From positions 38,460-62,459 of the forward strand of contig CAUTUQ010000008.1 of NCBI GenBank assembly GCA_963542025.1: a DNA stretch of 24,000 bases, in the 5' to 3' direction. Made by a program: the position numbers and the translations under genes. The notes below the pieces were generated by a model that had not been told where the DNA came from, did not search any database, and saw nothing but the letters and a program-made list of their open reading frames with translations. Source of the stretch: an uncultured Atopobium sp. (GTDB lineage: Bacteria > Actinomycetota > Coriobacteriia > Coriobacteriales > Atopobiaceae). Below are positions 16,064-23,628 of this stretch, piece after piece (within the stretch, counting starts at the first letter, position 1; each line of letters opens with the position of its first letter).

Positions 16064-17278
16064 TTAGAACTCGACAGGAAGGTCGAAGTAGACGCACTTA
16101 AGCAGCTGCTCCATCTCCTCCTGGGTAGGCTTGCGTGGGTTGGAGAGGGTGCAAGCGTCCTCGATAGCAAGGCGAGCAACCTCTGGAGCCTTCTCGAAGA
16201 ACTCCTTCTCGTCGATGATGGAGGTCTCGGACTTGGTTCCGCCCTCGCCGTAGTTCTTGATGCCCTGTGGGATGTCAAGAGCGTCGTTGATGTCGCGAAT
16301 CTTCTGGACGAGAGCCTCTACCAGCTCGTCCTCGGTGTTGCCCTCGAGGTGCAGGATCTCCTTAGCAATGAATGCATAGCGAGTCTTTGCGCGCTCGTCA
16401 CGAGCGTTGAACTGAATGACCTTGCCCAGGTACATAGCGTTTGCGCAACCGTGAATGATGTGACCACCAGAGAATGCTGCGCCGGTCTTGTGAGCCATGG
16501 AGTGAACAATGCCCAGAAGGCCAGAGGAGAATGCGATACCAGCGATGCACTGTGCGTCATGCATGTGCTGACGAGCCTCTTTGTCACCCTTGTAGGACTT
16601 TGGCAGCCACTCAACAATCTCGCGGATTGCATGGAGAGCGTCGCCGTCGGTGTACATAGAAGCAACGGTAGAAACATATGCCTCGATAGCATGGGTCAGT
16701 GCGTCCATACCAGTGTGAGCAACAAGCTTAACAGGCATACCATACGTAAGCTCAGGGTCAACAATAGCGACGTCAGGGGTAATCTGGAAGTCAGCGATTG
16801 GGTACTTAACACCCTTCTGGTAATCAGTAATGATGGAGAATGCGGTTACCTCAGTTGCGGTACCGGAAGTAGAAGAAATTGCGCAGAAGTGAGCCTTGGT
16901 GCGGAGCTCAGGAAGACCAAAGACCTTGCACATGTCCTCAAAAGTGGTCTCTGGATACTCGTACTTAATCCACATAGCCTTAGCTGCGTCGATTGGAGAG
17001 CCGCCGCCGATAGCAATAATCCAGTCTGGCTGGAACTCGGACATCTTTGCAGCGCCGCTCATAACGGTCTCGACGGAAGGATCGGACTCGACGCCCTCAA
17101 TGTGAGCAACCTCAAAACCTGCGGACTTGAGATCGTTCTCGATGTCATCAAGGAAGCCGCCGCGGCGCATGGAGCTGCCGCCGGAAACGATAACTGCCCT
17201 CTTACCCTTGAGGTTCTTAACCTCGTGACGAGCGCCCTCGCCAAAATACAGATCGCGTGGATTTGTAAAACGTCCCAT
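16064..17278 (-). CDS. Iron-containing (group III) alcohol dehydrogenase
   Basis: 404 aa. AIGGGSPIDAAKAMW is the Fe-ADH signature, and His-rich metal ligand regions are present (HTGMDALTHAIEAY, HSMAHKTG, GHIIHG). RBS AAGGAG lies 6 nt upstream. Confidence 0.92.
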   Translation of the reverse strand: MGRFTNPRDLYFGEGARHEVKNLKGKRAVIVSGGSSMRRGGFLDDIENDLKSAGFEVAHIEGVESDPSVETVMSGAAKMSEFQPDWIIAIGGGSPIDAAKAMWIKYEYPETTFEDMCKVFGLPELRTKAHFCAISSTSGTATEVTAFSIITDYQKGVKYPIADFQITPDVAIVDPELTYGMPVKLVAHTGMDALTHAIEAYVSTVASMYTDGDALHAIREIVEWLPKSYKGDKEARQHMHDAQCIAGIAFSSGLLGIVHSMAHKTGAAFSGGHIIHGCANAMYLGKVIQFNARDERAKTRYAFIAKEILHLEGNTEDELVEALVQKIRDINDALDIPQGIKNYGEGGTKSETSIIDEKEFFEKAPEVARLAIEDACTLSNPRKPTQEEMEQLLKCVYFDLPVEF

Positions 17279-17436
17279 AAACCTCTCCTTAACTATCTGC
17301 CACTTCCCTAAGCGGCTAGCGAAGCCATTCTTCGCAGTTACTTCTTCTCAACATTTCTATTCTATCTCTTTTGAGACAACTGTACATAAATGAATGTGCC
17401 ATTTTATGCAATATCGTTCAAATTTTATGCGGTCAC

Positions 17437-17500
17437 CTGACAAGAAACTGACAGTCATCTGACAAGAAACTGACGCTCATCTGGCGAGAAACCCGTCCAC
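17437..17500. repeat. 22 bp tandem repeat (2 exact-ish units plus 1 degenerate unit) upstream of adh; the third unit is copy 3 of the dispersed CTGGCGAGAAACCC motif
   Basis: ctgacaagaaactgacagtcat (17437-17458), ctgacaagaaactgacgctcat (17459-17480) and ctggcgagaaacccgtccac (17481-17500). Confidence 0.7.
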
Positions 17501-17625
17501 TCCAAACATTTCTATATGCCGTTCACAATCTTGTTACGACGCTCGCGGAGTTGCCTCGCACACCTCAATAACCTGCGATATCATTTCTTAAGAAAGAAAG
17601 GAATCTCAAGAGAGAAAGGAATTTT

Positions 17626-18837
17626 GTGGCGTTTGACCCAGTAAAAGAAGACTACCAGCGGCTTATCCTCCGCTTTGCTCGCACGCAAGTTGGCGACGAG
17701 GACAGTATTGCCACGCTGATGAAGGACTTCAACTGGCGATTCTCCAACGACCGCAATTCCCTCCCCCAAACCGACGAAGACCGCGCATTCAATCTAGTTG
17801 CTCAGGCGGCCGAAATTGTTGATTATCGCCTGCCTTTTGTCGAAGAATCTCAGGCGCAGACCCTTATCGACCAGGGAAAACGCCTCCTCAACCAGGCAAT
17901 TCAGCTGGACCCCAACTGTTTTGACGCCCAGCGCATGCTCCACGCCTCAAATAGCAGGCTTTTTGACGTCTACTACCAGTTCCTTGTGGAGAAGCTCCCC
18001 CAGGTAGAAGCCGCATGCTATCAGAAGGCGCAAGAGTCCTCACAGGGGCTCCCCGCTGAGCAGGCAGAACTTGCCCAGAGGCTGGCCATCAACCCCTATA
18101 AGCGCTGGTTGGCAACGCTTTCTTCTCGCGCGCTTATCTGCGGCCGCAACAAAGACGCCATCGCATATGGCGAGAAACTCCTGGAGCTTGACGCTGCAGA
18201 TGCGGCCGATGCTCGTTTTACGCTTGCACTCGCATACGCAAAACTCGAGGACGAGGACGCTCTCGACAACCTCATGGACCAGTACCGCAAGCTTGATCCG
18301 CCTCGCGGGGCAGATGACCCGTGGATTTTGCTGGCCCGCCTGGCTATTCACTTCAAAAAGCGTGAGCTGGTTGAGGCAGAACACTATCTTGACCTGCTGA
18401 TTGAGCGCTATCCCGAGGCAACGCTTTGCTGTTTTGTGCAGAAGGATTTGCCCGAGGGAGAGTTCTCGCGCCTTAACGTGCTCCCCTATTCTGAGGACGA
18501 GCTCATCATTGCCATTGCAGAGGCAACGGTGCTGCTGCAAGAAGGAAATGACCTGATAGGACGCGGTGTTCTTGGTCGTTGGCTTGCAGATCAGGTTAGG
18601 GCGAGAGACCCAAAGACCGTTGAACTTGCAGAAAAAGAGCTGCAAATGCAGGCAAACGCCTTGTTCGCTTCTACAGATTCTTTCCCTGGTGGATCCGACT
18701 TCCCCGACGACCCGGTCGGCTCTGACCCCGCTGGCTCTGGCGGCCCCAGCTTCCCCGGAGGTCCCGCCGGCCCGCAACCACACGGACCGTATATCGACGG
18801 GCCAAATAATCCACACTCAGGTGGTGATGCAGAGTGA
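17626..18837 (+). CDS. Hypothetical alpha-helical (TPR-like) protein with a Pro/Gly-rich acidic C-terminal tail
   Basis: 403 aa. GTG start with GAAAGGA 5 nt upstream. Codon usage is coherent over 1.2 kb. The tail is SFPGGSDFPDDPVGSDPAGSGGPSFPGGPAGPQPHGPYIDGPNNPH. No enzyme motif was recognised. Confidence 0.7.
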   Translation: MAFDPVKEDYQRLILRFARTQVGDEDSIATLMKDFNWRFSNDRNSLPQTDEDRAFNLVAQAAEIVDYRLPFVEESQAQTLIDQGKRLLNQAIQLDPNCFDAQRMLHASNSRLFDVYYQFLVEKLPQVEAACYQKAQESSQGLPAEQAELAQRLAINPYKRWLATLSSRALICGRNKDAIAYGEKLLELDAADAADARFTLALAYAKLEDEDALDNLMDQYRKLDPPRGADDPWILLARLAIHFKKRELVEAEHYLDLLIERYPEATLCCFVQKDLPEGEFSRLNVLPYSEDELIIAIAEATVLLQEGNDLIGRGVLGRWLADQVRARDPKTVELAEKELQMQANALFASTDSFPGGSDFPDDPVGSDPAGSGGPSFPGGPAGPQPHGPYIDGPNNPHSGGDAE

Positions 18838-19862
18838 TTAAGCATTCCGCTAACGATATGGTCAGCGAGCAGGTAGACCGCCTAGTCACAAAGTGTGCCC
18901 AAGAAAAGAACATCGTCTCTGAAGCTGCTCTTTATGAGTTGAAACTTGCGGTAGAAGCTTCTCCTGAAGACTTTATTGCTGACGAAGAGGAAAAAGCTTT
19001 TGCTCAATACGTCAACGTCATTGGTAAGTATCAGGCTGGAATTACTAAAGAAATTGATTCTGATGCGGACTTCTTCTCAAGCCGTATGGATCTGCTTAAC
19101 TTCTTGCATAATCAGATGACAAATATTACTGAAAACCCAGCTCTTAACAGCACAAGTATCAATCTTGAAGCACAGAGAATCCTGGCGCAAATCTCCAACA
19201 ATCATCCTGCAGCCATCCTTAACGACCTGCTTGACCTGCAAAAAGAATTCGACCCTATCTTTAGGCCAAAACTAGAACAAGCAAAGCAAGAGCAAGGTGA
19301 TGCCTGGAGCTGCGCTGAGGCACGACCACTTTTGCGCCTCTACGCACAGATTGCCCAGGTAGCAACCGATTGCGCTTGCTTCAAGCTCTCCAAAAAAGCC
19401 TGCGAAGATCTCTTGTTCTTCTCGCCAACTGATTTGCTGGGTGCGCGTTTTACCTTGGCATATGTGCTTGCTCGCCTGGAAGACGAAGAAGGGCTCCATA
19501 AGCTGGACGAGAGCTGCGGATATCAGTCCAATGCTTGGATGCGTCTGGCGTTTACGCTGCTGTTCTTCAAGTTGAATCGCATGCCCGCGGCAAAGCGAGC
19601 GCTCAAAGGCTTTGTCAACCTAGGCGAGGGAGCGGCGTATGCGCTGCTCAGGCCATCTTTTGTTGATCTCTACATTCCGTGCAGAATCAACTTTACACCT
19701 GATACGTTTGCCGAGAACGTTATCGCAGTTCATGAGGCCGAAGCGATTATCGCCGACGTGCCGGAATTTATTTCGTGGGCAGAGTCGGTGCCTGGCGTGA
19801 CTCAGAGCGCTCGCGACTACGCATTTAAGACTGGGCTGGACTGGTGGGAAAACGAAGAATAG
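18834..19862 (+). CDS. Hypothetical alpha-helical protein, paralog of the upstream gene
   Basis: 342 aa. The GTG overlaps the upstream TGA (GTGA). It shares blocks with the upstream protein: ARFTLAYVLARLEDEEGLHKL vs ARFTLALAYAKLEDEDALDNL, AWMRLAFTLLFFK vs PWILLARLAIHFK, and a later A(V/I)xEAEA(I/T) block. It lacks the Pro/Gly tail. Confidence 0.7.
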   Translation: MIKHSANDMVSEQVDRLVTKCAQEKNIVSEAALYELKLAVEASPEDFIADEEEKAFAQYVNVIGKYQAGITKEIDSDADFFSSRMDLLNFLHNQMTNITENPALNSTSINLEAQRILAQISNNHPAAILNDLLDLQKEFDPIFRPKLEQAKQEQGDAWSCAEARPLLRLYAQIAQVATDCACFKLSKKACEDLLFFSPTDLLGARFTLAYVLARLEDEEGLHKLDESCGYQSNAWMRLAFTLLFFKLNRMPAAKRALKGFVNLGEGAAYALLRPSFVDLYIPCRINFTPDTFAENVIAVHEAEAIIADVPEFISWAESVPGVTQSARDYAFKTGLDWWENEE

Positions 19863-19930
19863 ATGTAAGCTCAAAATCAGCTCGTTTAGCACTAGAAATC
19901 TGCAGCAACTTTGCTATACTTTTTCTTCGC

Positions 19931-20005
19931 GTCCCCATCGTCTAACGGTTAGGACATCGCCCTTTCAAGGCGGCAATACGGGTTCGATTCCCGTTGGGGG
20001 CACCA
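19931..20005 (+). tRNA. tRNA-Glu (anticodon UUC), CCA encoded
   Basis: Hand-folded cloverleaf. Acceptor gtcccca/tgggggc; D arm gtct..ggac; anticodon stem tcgcc/ggcgg with loop cTTTCAa (anticodon TTC); T arm acggg-ttcgatt-cccgt; then A-CCA. Confidence 0.93.
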
Positions 20006-20009
20006 TACG

Positions 20010-20405
20010 CTATTTGTCATTAAGCTTTTCTTTTATTAGTTTAACTAGTCTAGCAGGTGTTTTTATGCCAAGCTTCTTTAAAGCTTTTATTGCAGACATA
20101 CTTTCTTCAACAATATAAAATGTCATTGTAATTTGAACCATGGAAATAGGGCCGATTTTTGCGAGAAGGTCAAAAAGCGCCGAAAGTATAACGACTCCCA
20201 CAATAAGGAGTTTTTTCGCTATCACCGTTTCAATAAATTTCAAAGTTAATTTCTTACGATTTGTATAGCTATACATGGTGACTAGGCTATTTAGAGCTAA
20301 TACATAAATCAAACCGCATGTTAATAAAGCGTAGTTTGCAATAAAAATAGTCAATCCTTGGCTAAATTTATCCGCAATTAAAAATACAATGCATCTTCCA
20401 ATCAT
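20010..20405 (-). CDS. Holin-like small membrane protein (phage holin family 4 / TcdE-like)
   Basis: 131 aa with about 3 TM segments and a charged C-terminal tail (KLIKEKLNDK). The last TM region FYIVEESMSAIKALKKLGIKTPARL resembles the ..E..SI.EN...G..(I)P..L motif of this holin family. Strong RBS AAGGAGG lies 4 nt upstream. Confidence 0.6.
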   Translation of the reverse strand: MIGRCIVFLIADKFSQGLTIFIANYALLTCGLIYVLALNSLVTMYSYTNRKKLTLKFIETVIAKKLLIVGVVILSALFDLLAKIGPISMVQITMTFYIVEESMSAIKALKKLGIKTPARLVKLIKEKLNDK

Positions 20406-20522
20406 TGCACCTCCTTTCTATGTTAATTTACTCATTACTGTAACCTTTAAAATAAAGACAGAAATGTTTAGAGAATTAACCTTTGGCAGTGAATTTGATG
20501 AAGAAGACCCTGTATTTAGCTA

Positions 20523-20551
20523 TAGACTCTTTTGATTTATTTATATACAAT
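20523..20551 (+). promoter_or_regulatory. Putative sigma-70-type promoter for the 20607 membrane-protein gene
   Basis: TAGACT (20523-20528), a 17 nt spacer, then TACAAT (20546-20551), about 55 nt upstream of the ATG. This is pattern match only. Confidence 0.3.
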
Positions 20552-20606
20552 AGTTTGCAAAATTCTACTGAAATGTCTTTATCTGCCTACAGAATAGGAT
20601 ATCGCG

Positions 20607-21242
20607 ATGGACAGGTCAAAAGGGTTTTTTATCACGGTAATTTGCTTCGTATATTTTGTTATTTGCGTCCTGTCAGTGGTTTATTTCTTCTTCTCAAATT
20701 TCTCTTTCTTCTCACTTGATTATAATACTCCAGTGAGCTTTCTTGGCACTTTGTTAACAATACCGCAGGCATTATTTCTTATGTCTATTTTCATTCTAAT
20801 AACTTCACTAATACTGTTGTCTAAAATAAAATCTATGGTTACTTTTTTTAAAAAAGCAACTTATCTATTTGCTATTTATAATACCTCTGTTGCTTTTTGT
20901 GCAGCATTATTTTTATTCATTCCTTGCATTTTTTCCTGTCAAAATGATTATAAATCTGTAGTAAATACTGGAGAAATTTCATTATCCAGAGTTGTTTTAC
21001 TTGAGGAATTTGATGGAGGAAGAGAAACTTTACATTTTTATGTTTTACGTTTTCCATTCGGTTTGGGAGAAAGTATAGCAACTATTAAGTTATATCGCCA
21101 CTCAATACCAACTGAAGATATTGAGTGGCTACTAGTTCATGAGAATAACCAATATCACATTACAACTACAAACTCAGATGCCATTGAAACCCTAACGGAA
21201 TTTAATTCTTTCCCCATACATACAAATCTTATCCGTCTATGA
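20607..21242 (+). CDS. Hypothetical multi-pass membrane protein with a ~90 aa soluble C-terminal domain
   Basis: 211 aa. Four hydrophobic segments lie in the first ~115 aa (FFITVICFVYFVICVLSVVYFFF, ...LFLMSIFILITSLILL, ...YLFAIYNTSVAFCAALFLFIPCIF). A polar domain follows. The RBS is weak and the start is uncertain. The 3' end overlaps the convergent 790 aa gene by 14 nt. Confidence 0.55.
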   Translation: MDRSKGFFITVICFVYFVICVLSVVYFFFSNFSFFSLDYNTPVSFLGTLLTIPQALFLMSIFILITSLILLSKIKSMVTFFKKATYLFAIYNTSVAFCAALFLFIPCIFSCQNDYKSVVNTGEISLSRVVLLEEFDGGRETLHFYVLRFPFGLGESIATIKLYRHSIPTEDIEWLLVHENNQYHITTTNSDAIETLTEFNSFPIHTNLIRL

Positions 21243-23574
21243 AATCATGCGTTAATGCATGAAATAATATATCACTCAGATATTTAGATTCAGATTCATC
21301 AGGAAGTCGATTGGAAGCTGAGGCGCGTAAGAGTATCGCATCAAAAAATGGAATCTCATTTCTTGGTAGTCCATTAACCAAACTATCAAACACACTCTCA
21401 ACACACTTGCGTTCACCTTTAAATCGATTTAAGCAAAAAAGAGATCTGCGATTTAGCGGTGCTAATGAAAATATATATCGAAGAACCTCCGAAAGAAGAG
21501 CGTTTTTATCATGAAGCATCATTGCAGCTAGATAACCATCTACGTCACTCATTAAGTCTTTATAGTCAAACCCTGACTCTATAGATCTACTTCCAAGACA
21601 AACGGATAACCAATTTTGTAAATATTGTTTTTGAATTCCCTCTTTTTGACTATTTCCCCAAATCTGAAGTAAGTCTAAAATCCAACCACCTAAATCCGCA
21701 AACATAAAATAATCATAAGATACTGAATCGAAATGGCAGATATTTCCTAAAACTGTAGCAGCAAAATGCTCTAAATCATATGTAGTTTTAAACTGCCCGG
21801 GATCTGGAATGATCGATTTGCATATCCTATTCACCTCTTCTTTTAAGATTACTTCAGATGAATCATATGACTCTGGTGTATATACTTGCCACATCAAAGC
21901 AGTATTTTCTTTTGCCCAGTATTCTGGTTTTCTCAAATACTCAAGGATAAATTTAGACAGCTGCTGATTTTTAATTGGATCCTTTAACTTTTTTATAGCT
22001 ATCTTCTCAATTTGCGATATAGCATTAATAATATCGTCATGCTGGAACTTACTTTGTCCATTATGAACCACTAGCGAACAAGCTGGAAATTTTCCTGAAT
22101 AGGCAACTCTATCAAGATCCCACCTTCCTCTATACCCAGTAATTTCTGTGAATTGATCAAATACCCATTTGTCCGGAATTGAGAAACCTAGGTTTCCTGA
22201 ATATCCTGTACTCATATCAGATACAAATGCTGCTTCTGCAAGTCCATGATGGATAATCCTAGAACAAATATTTCTAGAAGCGTAAATTCCCACTAAATAT
22301 CCGTCTCGTATATTGTCCTTTAATGCTTTGAAATATGGAATGATATTACTGTCTATCTCAGGATCAGTTGCATCATAATCTACTGTGAAATATATTACTG
22401 TTTTTGGCACTCCTAAGCGTTTTGCATGCTTAACTGCTTCAAGTGCATGGCTTTTTCCTTCGCTGTAAGAAAAATGATTCAATTTAGTTGAATACATTTG
22501 AAAAATGGGAAAGTACTCTAAGCCATAGCTAACTATTCGGTCAAGCTCTCCAGTTCGAAGTGCTTTAAATAAATCATTCTCTGCCGTCATTTCTTGATCT
22601 GGCTCACAAAGATATCTTCCTACAATCCGATAGCCATCTTCCTTTAAACAAGAAGCCAACTCATCAGTAATTTCAAATCGCGTATCACATGCAACGCATT
22701 TTCTATCAGGATCTCCCTTTGAGGTAAGTAAGCTCATCCATGTTGTTTTATCAATAACAGAAGTAACTGGAAGGGCATAGCTCTCTTGGAATTTTCGTAC
22801 ATCTTCACTCAACTCAAACGACCAAGAACGTGTGATATTTCTTCTAATTCCATTACACACTAGAGCAGAACTAGCCAGCCAAACCCAATCTGAAGAGCCT
22901 GAATCAATTGTTTTTAATCTGGCACGTGTTCCATTTCCAAAATATCCTGTAGCCTCTTCTGGCGTAAATCCTTCTATTGCTTGCAAAACTTGAATCATAG
23001 CCTCATTCATTTCGCGACCATAAATACCATCAGTAGGAACAATTCCAGTATATTCACGATAACGACGATTAATTTCTTGCTGAATTTCACGTATTGACGT
23101 TTTTCCTCCATACATTGCAAGAAGTCTAAATTGCTTCATTGAAAGGAGCGCACCCATCATCTCAATATCCACCACAAAATTGTTTTGATGATTAATAAGA
23201 CCCATATCATTCTTTAACTTTAAAATTGACTCTATGGTCCCACCATCAATTACATTTGTAATTGATCCATAATGTGCCGCATATCCTTTACACCAAAGAG
23301 CTCCTTGTATAATTGCATAAATATTTGATGTTGGCTTTTTCCCCAAAGTTTGACGACTTATTCCGTTGGGAAACATCTCAGAAAACTTTGCTTTTGTGCC
23401 TTCTCCAAAATTATCAGCAGTAAACTGAATTCCAAGCTCAATTTGAAGTGCCCTAATCAAGCCAAAGATGGTGTTCCATCCAGTATGACCAGATTCCTCT
23501 ACCTGGTTAAATCGATTATCGTTAACGTAAGTTCTATTCAACCACTTTTGAGTTGCTAAAACCATTTCATCCAT
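21229..23574 (-). CDS. Large peptidoglycan-binding-repeat / DUF1906 (Rv2525c-like glycoside-hydrolase-like) protein with an unassigned ~270 aa C-terminal domain; YbfG/YkuG-like architecture
   Basis: The N-terminal ~300 aa hold four PG_binding-like helical repeats (e.g. ATQKWLNRTY...GWNTIFGLIRALQIELGI, and IREIQQEINRRY...GIYGREMNEAMIQVLQAIEG). The central region has GYRIVGRYL, FPIFQ, VIYFTVDYDA, LVGIYASRNICSRI and WDLDRV, matching DUF1906 landmarks. No signal peptide is present. The track ORF starts at 23601 but has no RBS there and sits inside a hairpin. ATG 23574 has GGAG 8 nt upstream, so I prefer it (781 aa). Confidence 0.8.
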   Translation of the reverse strand: MDEMVLATQKWLNRTYVNDNRFNQVEESGHTGWNTIFGLIRALQIELGIQFTADNFGEGTKAKFSEMFPNGISRQTLGKKPTSNIYAIIQGALWCKGYAAHYGSITNVIDGGTIESILKLKNDMGLINHQNNFVVDIEMMGALLSMKQFRLLAMYGGKTSIREIQQEINRRYREYTGIVPTDGIYGREMNEAMIQVLQAIEGFTPEEATGYFGNGTRARLKTIDSGSSDWVWLASSALVCNGIRRNITRSWSFELSEDVRKFQESYALPVTSVIDKTTWMSLLTSKGDPDRKCVACDTRFEITDELASCLKEDGYRIVGRYLCEPDQEMTAENDLFKALRTGELDRIVSYGLEYFPIFQMYSTKLNHFSYSEGKSHALEAVKHAKRLGVPKTVIYFTVDYDATDPEIDSNIIPYFKALKDNIRDGYLVGIYASRNICSRIIHHGLAEAAFVSDMSTGYSGNLGFSIPDKWVFDQFTEITGYRGRWDLDRVAYSGKFPACSLVVHNGQSKFQHDDIINAISQIEKIAIKKLKDPIKNQQLSKFILEYLRKPEYWAKENTALMWQVYTPESYDSSEVILKEEVNRICKSIIPDPGQFKTTYDLEHFAATVLGNICHFDSVSYDYFMFADLGGWILDLLQIWGNSQKEGIQKQYLQNWLSVCLGSRSIESGFDYKDLMSDVDGYLAAMMLHDKNALLSEVLRYIFSLAPLNRRSLFCLNRFKGERKCVESVFDSLVNGLPRNEIPFFDAILLRASASNRLPDESESKYLSDILFHALTHDFIDG

Positions 23575-23590
23575 TGAAGATACTCCAATC

Positions 23591-23616
23591 GACCTCCCCA
23601 TATTAATGGGGAGGTC
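23591..23616 (-). other. Perfect 9 bp stem-loop between the partial upstream gene and the 790 aa gene
   Basis: gacctcccc-atattaat-ggggaggtc. The first in-frame ATG (23601-23599) lies at the stem/loop junction. No T-run follows on the coding strand, so it may be a processing or translation-control element, or a weak terminator. Confidence 0.45.
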
Positions 23617-23628
23617 ACTACTAAAGAA

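Noticed and set aside
15780-16278. 73 aa minus-strand ORFs at 15780-16001 and 16057-16278.
   Set aside because: The first spans the repeat/GC-rich tract and the terminator flank, giving an Arg/Gly-rich low-complexity product. The second is out of frame within the adh 3' end. Neither has an RBS.
20483-20719. 78 aa ORF overlapping the start of the 211 aa membrane-protein gene in another frame.
   Set aside because: It overlaps the better-supported longer ORF, has no RBS, and its AT-rich translation shows no motif.
20010-23601. Calling the island genes an intact prophage lysis cassette.
   Set aside because: The gene order is atypical: the hydrolase-like gene is upstream, an antisense membrane gene intervenes, and the holin is last. 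No phage structural, terminase or integrase genes are visible in the window, and the large protein is YbfG/YkuG-like rather than a typical compact endolysin.
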